A DNA stretch of 64,000 nt from a virus, in the IMG/VR virus record IMGVR_UViG_3300017783_000006, positions 14,805-78,804 of that record; one strand, 5' to 3'. Every line of letters starts with the position of its first letter. Position 1 is the first letter of the stretch. Positions 8,825 to 17,700 of the stretch are shown here, piece by piece. A program made the position numbers and the translations under genes. The notes beneath the pieces were generated by a model. The model searched no databases. It worked only from the letters and a program-made list of their open reading frames with translations, and was not told where the DNA came from.

Positions 8825-9099
8825 TATTCAATACCTTTAGGAAATTCTTCAATCTCAGTCAATTCATAGTCCCAGTCTTCCATGACTGTATTGGCATAGA
8901 AACGATCAGAAAGCATTTCGATTTCTTTCTCTGCATACTCTCTAGTCTCTGCTTCCAACCAAATATCAATCACCTTACCAAGTCTAAGTTTCTTGATATC
9001 CAACTCAGACAATCGTCTACTACCATCTCTCACAGCATTACCAGGAGAGTCATCAACTTGTGATCGTAGTCGGATGAATACTAATGCTTTAAACTTCAT
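8824..9099 (-). CDS. purS: Phosphoribosylformylglycinamidine synthase subunit PurS
   Basis: V.IRLR..V.D..G.AV, LRLGK.I, ANTVMED motifs. Confidence 0.85.
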   Translation of the reverse strand: MKFKALVFIRLRSQVDDSPGNAVRDGSRRLSELDIKKLRLGKVIDIWLEAETREYAEKEIEMLSDRFYANTVMEDWDYELTEIEEFPKGIE

Positions 9100-9395
9100 A
9101 ATGTTCTCTCAAGTCTATTTGTTGCTTGGTCTGGAAAATCTCTTGGTCTACTATCAGTAGCATTATCAGTTTTAGGTGAACCTTCATTCGCCTTCATAGT
9201 ATGCTGATAATTAGGTCTTGGATATCTAATACAGAATGGATCAGGCATCCAGTATGTTACCTGCCATTCTTGTTCAGGATTTAACTCTAGATGCTTCTCT
9301 ACACTATGAGAGAAAATACCAATTTGAATGTATCCATCGTGACTAAGACATCTACCATTACCAATGTCAACTAGGAATAGCATCTTACTACTCAT
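9096..9395 (-). CDS. Cyanophage hypothetical protein (start refined to MSSKMLF)
   Basis: ATGA coupling to the upstream ORF. Confidence 0.65.
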   Translation of the reverse strand: MSSKMLFLVDIGNGRCLSHDGYIQIGIFSHSVEKHLELNPEQEWQVTYWMPDPFCIRYPRPNYQHTMKANEGSPKTDNATDSRPRDFPDQATNRLERTL

Positions 9396-9523
9396 AGCAC
9401 TTCTTGCTCTGGGTTGAGATTTTTCACGAATTGCACAGGATCCTTTTCTGACTTGTGTACCCAATGATAACGCATCATCTCGAAAATAGGATCCCATGTG
9501 GGGATACAGACATAATCAGTCAC
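9392..9523 (-). CDS. Small hypothetical protein (GTG start)
   Basis: Fills gap and overlaps both neighbours. Confidence 0.55.
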   Translation of the reverse strand: MTDYVCIPTWDPIFEMMRYHWVHKSEKDPVQFVKNLNPEQEVL

Positions 9524-9830
9524 GTTGCCTCCAATCTTCAGGTTTGTCCTGATGGAACCAATTCTTAATGTCGTCGGCACCATTAAACCCCGTTCTATGA
9601 TTAGATGGGTCGGGGTCTCCTAGTCCCATCTTATTCATAAAATCGTCAATACTGCCCTCCTGGATGTCCTGTGCTGCCTGACGACGTGCTTTGTTTAACC
9701 AGTCTCTGGCAGTTGTATGGGACTTGGCAAGTTTCTCAACCCATATCATATCGTCTAATTGCACTTCCTCCTTATTTGCAATCTTCTTACAGATAAATTC
9801 CAGTCGTAGTCTGTATTTGGTAGAAAGCAT
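9516..9830 (-). CDS. Conserved cyanophage hypothetical protein
   Basis: MLST.YRLRLEFIC...GLGDPDPSNH...DWRQRD. Confidence 0.75.
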   Translation of the reverse strand: MLSTKYRLRLEFICKKIANKEEVQLDDMIWVEKLAKSHTTARDWLNKARRQAAQDIQEGSIDDFMNKMGLGDPDPSNHRTGFNGADDIKNWFHQDKPEDWRQRD

Positions 9831-9835
9831 ACGGT

Positions 9836-10036
9836 TTAGTCTCTAAAATCTAGTTTAAGTTCTAGGTCTTCTAATCTATGATATTCAGCATGTGCTTTCT
9901 CTTGACGATCACACACAATACTAAGAATATCATTCATTATTGTATCATTATCAATATAATCATCCAGATACTTGTCAATTGCTTCTTTTAAGTATCTGTA
10001 TCTATGCCATTCTTGTGAATAGGGTTTATAGTTCAT
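9836..10036 (-). CDS. Hypothetical protein
   Basis: 66-aa ORF. Confidence 0.65.
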   Translation of the reverse strand: MNYKPYSQEWHRYRYLKEAIDKYLDDYIDNDTIMNDILSIVCDRQEKAHAEYHRLEDLELKLDFRD

Positions 10037-10055
10037 AATAAAGATGAATCTTTTT

Positions 10056-10304
10056 TTATTTAGTTTTATTATTTAAAGCTTTTCTTATTCTTTTTGCTGT
10101 TTCCATAGACCTTCTCCAAATAAAATATTTTACTATTGGATTTGAAGGGTCATTTAGTAACCACCATTTCCACTTGTTAAATTTAGTTTCGGATAATTTT
10201 GAAACATATCCGATTGCTTTCATTACGTTCGGATCCATGATTGAAACATACAACACGAATCCAATTATAATTAACCAAAAATACTGAGAACTCATTAGTT
10301 CCAC
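10056..10304 (-). CDS. Small membrane-anchored hypothetical protein
   Basis: N-terminal TM segment. Confidence 0.65.
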   Translation of the reverse strand: MELMSSQYFWLIIIGFVLYVSIMDPNVMKAIGYVSKLSETKFNKWKWWLLNDPSNPIVKYFIWRRSMETAKRIRKALNNKTK

Positions 10305-10492
10305 CTTAGAGTTTGCAAATAATTAAGAACATCTTTCCTAACATCCATCAACTCATTATAGCACTCCTGATTGTGAGCACATTGCCTCAATTTTGGGTCT
10401 GGTTTAATTACAGATTCGATAAAAATATCGAGTCCACGATTCCATTTATCTTGTTTAGATTCGGGATCATCAATATTATTTTGATCGTGCAT
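10295..10492 (-). CDS. Conserved cyanophage hypothetical protein
   Basis: KWNRGLDIFIESV.KPD..LRQCAHNQ.CY. Confidence 0.7.
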   Translation of the reverse strand: MHDQNNIDDPESKQDKWNRGLDIFIESVIKPDPKLRQCAHNQECYNELMDVRKDVLNYLQTLRWN

Positions 10493-10510
10493 AGTACTTC
10501 TCAGTAGGTT

Positions 10511-10774
10511 TTAATATTCAGAAAGATAGTCCTCATAGATTTCCCAATCTAGGTCTTGCTCACTAACATAATCAATGAGTTCATCTTCAGATAATGGGAT
10601 TTCATCATCTTCACCAACATAAAATCCTGCTTTACATACTCCAGGACCATACTCTGGTGGGTCAAGTCTAGTTGCATTATGAATGATGCGAACATCTTCA
10701 ACTACTGCTACAACTGTAGCATAACCTTCATCATCAATATCAAAATTGTAAATTAATGTTACATCGTTTGACAT
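10511..10774 (-). CDS. Acidic hypothetical protein
   Basis: 87-aa ORF; DPPEYGP motif. Confidence 0.7.
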   Translation of the reverse strand: MSNDVTLIYNFDIDDEGYATVVAVVEDVRIIHNATRLDPPEYGPGVCKAGFYVGEDDEIPLSEDELIDYVSEQDLDWEIYEDYLSEY

Positions 10775-10777
10775 AAT

Positions 10778-10927
10778 TCAATAACCGTGCCTAGAAATCA
10801 TTTGTTCCATTTTATCTTCTCTATATTCCTGTTCATCTTCTTCTTCCGTAGTATCATAGATACCAGTGACATATTCATAAATGGCATCAGCATCTACATC
10901 TAAGTAAAAATTAGAAAAATAAGGCAT
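10778..10927 (-). CDS. Small acidic hypothetical protein (49 aa)
   Basis: Translated by hand (MPYFSNFYLD...). Confidence 0.5.
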   Translation of the reverse strand: MPYFSNFYLDVDADAIYEYVTGIYDTTEEEDEQEYREDKMEQMISRHGY

Positions 10928-10983
10928 TAGAGTAGTTGAAGGGGAGAGGACTTTACTATATATTCACAAAAACCAAGAGTACA

Positions 10984-12078
10984 TCATCCCTCTTGGTTTA
11001 TTTGTGTTTGCTCAAATTCAGCATCAATTTTGTCATAAAGTTCAACAAAGGTTGATTTAGTTTCATCGTCGAAACGATTTAGACAAACTCTGATTGCTTT
11101 ATCTTTTTTACCAAAGATAGAATATGCTTTGATAATATGAACAAGGCGACGAGTACTGATTACTTCATCAATACCACCATCATTAAAAGTCTTGCGAATA
11201 ATATCAGACCAATTACATAGATGTGCAATGAAGTCAGTATGCTCACTAACCATAGGAATTTTAAGAGACTCTGCAATTTTAGTCAAGATTTTAGTCTCAG
11301 TAGCAACAGTTGGATATTGTTGCTCAAAAGTTACAGGAAACCTTTCTAGAAATGCTTCATTCAACACATTGGTGCCAATAAAACGACCATCATCAGAACC
11401 TTTACCCTTAGTGTTGGCAGTGGCAAATACATTGAAACCAGGAGAAGGAGTGATATGCTTACCAATCTTTTTCAGGAATGTACCTTTGCCTTCAAGAATA
11501 CTTTGAAGACAGAGAATCTTATTAGATGCAAGGTCAATCTCATCGAGGAGGAGGATAGCACCTCGTTCAAGAGCCTCAATGACAGGACCATTGTGCCAGA
11601 CAGTATTACCGTCAAGCAAACGGAAACCACCAATAAGATCATCTTCATCAGTCTCAATAGTAATATTCACACGGATGAGTTCTCTACCAAGTTGAGCACA
11701 TGCTTGCTCCACACCGAACGTCTTGCCATTACCAGAGAGACCAGTAATGAACGTCGGATAGAACATATGTGACTGAATAACCTTTTTAATATCCGGGAAG
11801 TTTCCGAATGGTACAAAAGTACCATCTTTCTGAGGGATAAGGTTTTGAACAACAGTATTCATCGTAGAAACACCTGCAGAAGTGGAGTTATAATTTTCTT
11901 CTAGATCTTGAACAGTTTCTTCAAGATTCCACTTACCACGTCCAACTTTATATTGTTGAAGATATTTAGAAAGAGTTGCGTAAGATGTATTCAATTCCGA
12001 TGCAACCATCTTCACAGCATCAGCACCAAATTCAGTACCATATTTTTGCTTGAGGATAGTCAGTGCGTTTTCGGTCAT
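10984..12078 (-). CDS. cobS: MoxR/CobS-like AAA+ ATPase
   Basis: Walker A GLSGNGKT, Walker B LLLDEID, ATANTKG, NEAFLERF, STRRL. Confidence 0.9.
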   Translation of the reverse strand: MTENALTILKQKYGTEFGADAVKMVASELNTSYATLSKYLQQYKVGRGKWNLEETVQDLEENYNSTSAGVSTMNTVVQNLIPQKDGTFVPFGNFPDIKKVIQSHMFYPTFITGLSGNGKTFGVEQACAQLGRELIRVNITIETDEDDLIGGFRLLDGNTVWHNGPVIEALERGAILLLDEIDLASNKILCLQSILEGKGTFLKKIGKHITPSPGFNVFATANTKGKGSDDGRFIGTNVLNEAFLERFPVTFEQQYPTVATETKILTKIAESLKIPMVSEHTDFIAHLCNWSDIIRKTFNDGGIDEVISTRRLVHIIKAYSIFGKKDKAIRVCLNRFDDETKSTFVELYDKIDAEFEQTQINQEG

Positions 12079-12101
12079 GGGGTTTGATTGATTACCTTGT
12101 A

Positions 12102-12157
12102 ATTATAGGGCAGAGTGGGGCAGAGTGGGGGGCAGAGTGGTCACCCCCCAAACTGGT
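12102..12157 (-). promoter_or_regulatory. Putative early promoter: palindromic box, 3x CACTCTGCCC, TATAAT
   Basis: TATAAT 12102-12107; box GTCAC-N8-CTGGT 12140-12157 at 32 nt. Confidence 0.7.
12108..12139 (+). repeat. Three tandem GGGCAGAGTG repeats
   Basis: Copies at 12108-12117, 12118-12127 and 12130-12139. Confidence 0.95.
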
Positions 12158-14328
12158 CAGGAAATGAGTTCAACAAAAGAACCAAGCATTTTTTTGTTAG
12201 TCTTTTTCCTCTTAAGCATTTTAGTAAATGCAGACTTAATTTGTGCCTTAGTTGCATCTTCAGGAACATTGAATTCTTCATCCTGAGCAAGAGAAGATGC
12301 AGCAACCACATTAAACTGGTCAAATCCAGTGTCTTTAAATTGAACACAACTCTGCTTTCTGTAGATAGCAGAAACCTCATCATAAGAAGAATTTCCAGAT
12401 CCATACCAGCTCCAGCAAGTACGGAAATCCCGAGAAGGAGTGATACGGAAGTTGATGAAATTTACTGTAGAAAACTTATCCTTAAGAGTTTGTAAAAGAA
12501 TTTTTGCATACTTAGGGAAATTATCATACTCAAATGGTGCATAAACACGACCAGTCTTCCTATCACGAATCGTTGTACGATTCCTTCTAGTAAAACCAAC
12601 ATACTTGTGGTCAGGGTCACGATATGAAGTACGTTCAACAGTAATTGCATTCTGATAACCTTCACCATCAGTGAGAAGAACAACATTTACTTTTTGAAGT
12701 TTGTTCTTCTTTTGAAACATCGGAATAACTTCATGCATTACCATTAAAGTTTCACCCAAAGGAGTTCCCGAAAGTTCCAAATGTGGAGGAGCATATCCAC
12801 GATGATACTGATAAGAGTATGCAACAGCCCAGATATTTTTAAGTTGCTCTTCAAGAACACGGTTGTTAGTAGTGCTAGTAAAGTAATTCATCAAACGAAA
12901 GGATTCTTCTGGGGCAATAATTCCAGCAACCTTTTCATAAGTAGGGAGATGATCTTTCTGATGATTAATGTAAGAAGAAGGGTCCATAGTGAATGCGTAA
13001 ACCTCAAATGGAATGTTCACTTTACGGCAGAACCAAACTAGGTTCAGAAGTTGCTTGTAAGCATCTAGAAGGAAGTTACCCATAGAACCAGACCAATCCA
13101 TAATAAAAATTAGTCCATGGTTTTTGCCGTCAGGAATGACAGAAACTTTCTTGAATAGATCTTCATTGTACTTGTAACTATGAAGTTTAGATGTATCAAT
13201 AACACCAGTACGAGCAACAGAAGAACGAGCATATTGATCAGCAGACTTTTTACACTCAAACTCCTTTACAAGATAAGAAACTTCTTTCTCTGCACTTTTC
13301 TTGTACTTAGTATACTCCTGACAAGCAAATTCAAAATACTCCTTGATGTATTGATTATCAATATTGTAATAAGCAGTTGCTGCCTGATGAATATAGTCGT
13401 TAGGAATAATTGTATTGTCAAGATTCCACTTAGGAAGTTCAACATAGGTTGTATCAGAAGCATTTCTATTCACCAATTCTTGTGCTTTTTCATCAAAAGA
13501 ACGAGAAGTAGTTGACTTCAGTTCGTCATTTCCATCTCTTGAATGGGATGTTCCACCACCACCAGAAGATTCCTTAGAAGTAGTATCAGAAGACTCATTT
13601 TCCGAGTCAGAATTATCAGATTTACCTTGACGTTGAGAAGAATTATCACTTTGCTTCTGAGTATTTTCGGAAGAATCATTTTCTTCACTATCACCTTCAG
13701 TCTCTCCATTATCATCGGAGTTGGATTCATCACTGGTTCCAGAAGGGAAAGGAATATCAGCAATTTGTTGTTCTTCTTTCTTATACTTTACATATTCTAC
13801 AATTTCCCTAGAAAGATTCAAAACATCTACAAAAGATTCAGTCTGAATTGCACGGGTCAAAAACTCGTTCTCTTCGTCAGAAAAAGCAATGTTATGAAAT
13901 GCACCAATTTTATAATAAAGATTGATACGATCAATGAAAGAAAGTTCATCAAGGTTTTCCTCATTAGTAGAAAAGAAATCCTCAGTATTTAATTCATTAT
14001 AACCGTTGTAAAAAGTTCTAGAAAGACCAGGATACTTATGTTTCATAAGACGTTCAACACGAACGTCTTCTAGGACGTTTACGAAATCCATGGGAACTTC
14101 AGGATAATCGATAGTCCAATCGATATTATCAGTAAAAAGAGCATGACCAACTTCATGACCAACGAGGAGGTCATAAACAATTGGAGATGCTTTATCCCAA
14201 GTAGGGAGAACCAACACACGACGGTCAACATCAAAGGATGCAGTTGGAACTTGCTTATGCTCAATGATGAGATTTTCAGTTGCCAGACATTTGGCAAGAG
14301 AACCTTTGACTTCTAGGTTGACGGACAT
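12157..14328 (-). CDS. CobT-like protein: N-terminal HExxH metallopeptidase-like domain, acidic linker, C-terminal vWA domain
   Basis: HEVGH and NVLEDVRVE; MIDAS DWSGSM, GTPL, LTDGE; adjacent to the AAA ATPase. Confidence 0.85.
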   Translation of the reverse strand: MSVNLEVKGSLAKCLATENLIIEHKQVPTASFDVDRRVLVLPTWDKASPIVYDLLVGHEVGHALFTDNIDWTIDYPEVPMDFVNVLEDVRVERLMKHKYPGLSRTFYNGYNELNTEDFFSTNEENLDELSFIDRINLYYKIGAFHNIAFSDEENEFLTRAIQTESFVDVLNLSREIVEYVKYKKEEQQIADIPFPSGTSDESNSDDNGETEGDSEENDSSENTQKQSDNSSQRQGKSDNSDSENESSDTTSKESSGGGGTSHSRDGNDELKSTTSRSFDEKAQELVNRNASDTTYVELPKWNLDNTIIPNDYIHQAATAYYNIDNQYIKEYFEFACQEYTKYKKSAEKEVSYLVKEFECKKSADQYARSSVARTGVIDTSKLHSYKYNEDLFKKVSVIPDGKNHGLIFIMDWSGSMGNFLLDAYKQLLNLVWFCRKVNIPFEVYAFTMDPSSYINHQKDHLPTYEKVAGIIAPEESFRLMNYFTSTTNNRVLEEQLKNIWAVAYSYQYHRGYAPPHLELSGTPLGETLMVMHEVIPMFQKKNKLQKVNVVLLTDGEGYQNAITVERTSYRDPDHKYVGFTRRNRTTIRDRKTGRVYAPFEYDNFPKYAKILLQTLKDKFSTVNFINFRITPSRDFRTCWSWYGSGNSSYDEVSAIYRKQSCVQFKDTGFDQFNVVAASSLAQDEEFNVPEDATKAQIKSAFTKMLKRKKTNKKMLGSFVELIS

Positions 14329-14352
14329 CTGGTGTGGTTCTGAACTCCCTGT

Positions 14353-14408
14353 ATTATGGCATAAAAAAGGGGGGTCATCACTCCCCCTCAGACACTAATA
14401 AAACCGTC
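14353..14408 (-). promoter_or_regulatory. Putative early promoter (box plus extended -10 TG-n-CATAAT) overlapping a terminator-like hairpin
   Basis: -10 at 14353-14358; box GACAC-N8-CCGTC 14391-14408 at 32 nt; G5/C6 hairpin plus U-tract in the spacer. Confidence 0.6.
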
Positions 14409-14465
14409 TACCACCAAAGACGGATCTTGGTTCTCAAAGATACAAAGAAACCTCAAGACAAAGAT

Positions 14466-14526
14466 ATAGTATCACTTAATCTTGAGGTTGTCAATGTTGA
14501 CAAATATAGTGGTTTTTCAGTAAAAT
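14466..14526. promoter_or_regulatory. Back-to-back sigma70-like promoters sharing a palindromic -35 region
   Basis: Minus: TTGACA(14489-14494)-N17-TACTAT; plus: TTGACA(14497-14502)-N18-TAAAAT. Confidence 0.6.
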
Positions 14527-14696
14527 CACTCTGTTGGGTTTGAAGGTTCATCTAGTTCATTAAGAGCTTCTAATGCACCTTGTACTTTTAAAAATTGTTC
14601 TTTCTTTGAATTAAATTCAGTTTCAAGTTCAACAAGTCTGTCACGGAGTTCTTCTGCACTTTTTTTCAGAGTCTCCTTCATTTGTGTGGCATCCAT
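14526..14696 (-). CDS. Small coiled-coil protein (56 aa), possible fibre chaperone
   Basis: Translated by hand (MDATQMKE...FLKVQGALEAL); TATAAATA upstream. Confidence 0.7.
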   Translation of the reverse strand: MDATQMKETLKKSAEELRDRLVELETEFNSKKEQFLKVQGALEALNELDEPSNPTE

Positions 14697-14726
14697 AGTG
14701 TTATTATTATAAAATTACTACGAATT

Positions 14727-14734
14727 TATTTATA
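14727..14734 (-). promoter_or_regulatory. T4 late promoter TATAAATA
   Basis: Perfect consensus. Confidence 0.8.
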
Positions 14735-17700
14735 TCACCAATTTTTAGTGGTTTTTGGACCAACATAATATGCTTTAATAACAGGAAGAAGTGCAAGCCA
14801 TGGAGTATGTAAAGGAATTTTAGTTTGACCTGCTCCAGCACCACCATAAGTTCCAACTGTGTGATTATGATTTGCTACTGGTCCAGTTTGTACTGTATGA
14901 TTGTGTTTACCACTATCACCAACATCATGATTATGATTTCCAGTTGGAGCAACATCAACATTATGACTGTGAGAACCACCAGTATTTACACTCAATGGGT
15001 GAACATGTCCACCATCAGCAATAATATTATGCGAGTGATTTGCTATTGGTGTTAATGCTAATGGGTGTCTGTGTGAACCATCACCATCCACTTCAACCTG
15101 GTGAGCATGATAACCATTTTCATTTAAAGTGATTCTTAATGGGTGTCCATGTCTACCATTCAGTTCAGCAGATGCATTATGACCATGATATCCGTTTTGT
15201 TGAACTTGTATTTGGTGAGAATGTTTACCATTTTCTTGCACAGAAAGATTATGTCTGTGGCTACCATTCGATTCGACGGATACACTTGGTCTATTGTCTG
15301 AGGTATTGTAAGTTGGATCATTGTCATCTCCAGCAGCCTCATCACCATCACCACCTTTACCTCTCTCATATCTATATTGGTGACTATGGTCACCAACTCT
15401 TGTACCATGTCCATGATATCCTTCAGTATTAGTCTCTCCACCATGAGCATGTTTACCATTTTGAGTAGTGGATCCTTGGTGAGCATGTTTACCATTTTGT
15501 ACTACTCTTACATTATGAGTGTGACCAGCATCTGGACCTAACTCTTTAGTTGCAGTGCCATGATTATGTTTACCATTCTGCTTAGTTCCTGAACCAGGGT
15601 GTCTGTGATTTCCTATTGGACCCATATTATATTCATGAGTATGCCCACCTTGTGCTCCTGTTTCTCCATTATGGGAATGACTACCTTGAGTTCCTATATT
15701 ATGTTGGTGAGCATGTCCATCATGTTGTGAAACACTAGTTGGGTGTTCGTGAGTACCATTACTAGATAATGGGTGTTCGTGACCATTGTGGGTTGAGACA
15801 GCAGTTGGGTGGTTATGAGTACCATTTTGTGATAATGGGTGGGCATGTGATGGAACATCATTAGCATTAATTTTATGCTCATTCTTACCACCAGTTTGTC
15901 CAACATTATGTCCACCACCACTAATAGGACCATTTCCACTACCCATAACATCCTTTTCTCTTAGATCAGGAAGTTTTCCGTTTGCACCAAATGTATTTCC
16001 TAGAATTGAAAATAAATGCGAGTAATCAGCAGTTCTTCCTTGAACATTTCCTGTTCCATTTGGAACTATAGAACCATCGCATATTAAGTATCCTTCAGGA
16101 GCTTGTGCTGCAGCAAAATAATGAACAGATCCAATTGGTGGTTGCTGTTGCATCCACATCCACTTAACACCAAGAGTTTGACTGCTATTTGCAACTAATA
16201 CTTGGTCATTAGAACCAACATTAAGCATTTCTGCTCTATTTTGTTGCTTACCAACAGCAATTTGTCCCTTTGCAGTCCATCCTTCATCATCAAGGACCAT
16301 ACCTTGACCACCAAGAGCAATAATATGACAAGATTTGCCTGCTGATGGAGCAACAATAAATTGAATCTGTGGATTATAATTGAAATTGGGTGAAGTCCCA
16401 GAGAATGGAATGATATAATCAGCACCAGGTTCTAATAAAGTATCACCATCTAAGTATACGAGTAAGTTTGCTGGACCTTCTGGTTCAAATGCAGCACCAT
16501 CTGGAGCAAATAAGTTAAATGTTCTTTTAGATCCATTAAACTGATTTGCAATAGAATTCAATCTTACAGAGTTACCCTTAGGGTAACCATTCATTGTAAT
16601 AGGTGGTTGTGGAACGTATGTAAGAGTATTAATGAAGTCTTGCTGTTGGAGAATGGTATCAGTACCATTTGCTCTCAAGAAGTGGGATTGTCCATTAGTC
16701 GAACCACCACCCTGTTTGATGAATGACGCAGCAGTAATATTCCCTTTAAATGTTGAATTATTTTGAACACATAGTCCTTGACCAATTGAAACGTTTTTAG
16801 CAATACCAACACCACCATCAAATTGAACAGAACCAGTATTAACATTACATAATGTATTGTTAGTAGTTTTAGTGAAAGTAGTAGTACCGTCAATAGTGAC
16901 GTTATCCTCTAAGGTTAGTGTACCTTCAATTGTTACAGTACTATTAAATACTGCTGGTCCAATTTTTCCACAAACATAAAGGTTCTTAGCAATACCAACA
17001 CCACCCGCAACTCTTAAAGAACCAGTTGTGCAAGAGGTTGCTTGTGTAGTTCCTCTAATAGATACGAATGATGATGCACTATTATTACCCATGGTAATAG
17101 AGGAAGCAGTCTTAGCAAAATTAAGTGTGCTAATATTCGTATTAACTAAATTAAATGTTGTTGTGGTAGGTGTTGAAATTGTATTACCACCAACATCCAA
17201 AGTTCCTAGGATATTAGTATTACCACTTGTGTCAATCTTTAATTTTGTTTCACTTGCTCTATCAAAATCTTCATTTCCAGCAGCAGTTGTTGTTGCTGGA
17301 TTTGCAAGTTTCCAAGAATTTCCATCACTAGCATCGATACCCGAATACCAACGAACATTTGCATTATTTTTTGACCTATGCCAAGAGAGAACAGCATCAC
17401 CGTTTCCTTTCTGGTCTATTTTTAAGTGATTTCCCTCAAGTTCTTTACCAGAATTGCTTTGTTCAAAGTGGAAATGTCCAAGTGGTGTGATGTGGAAGTT
17501 TTGATTAGTGCCGACAGTAAATATCATGTCAGCACTTGGATCTGGTGCTTCAATTTTTAATGTACCACTAGATCCTCTCTTAGTGATTGTAGCATCACCA
17601 TTTGCCAGGTCATTGATGATGAATGTTCCATCAGGATATCCAGTATCATTAGTATGTAATGCTAGTTTTGCAGATCCAGAATTATTTCCGATACCTAGGT

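Noticed and set aside
12108-12140. Canonical G-quadruplex
   Set aside because: It has only three G>=3 runs plus a GG; kept as a tandem repeat instead.
10984-14328. Cobalamin biosynthesis module (cobS/cobT)
   Set aside because: There is no cobN or other cob gene here; the pair is better read as a MoxR AAA+/vWA chaperone system.
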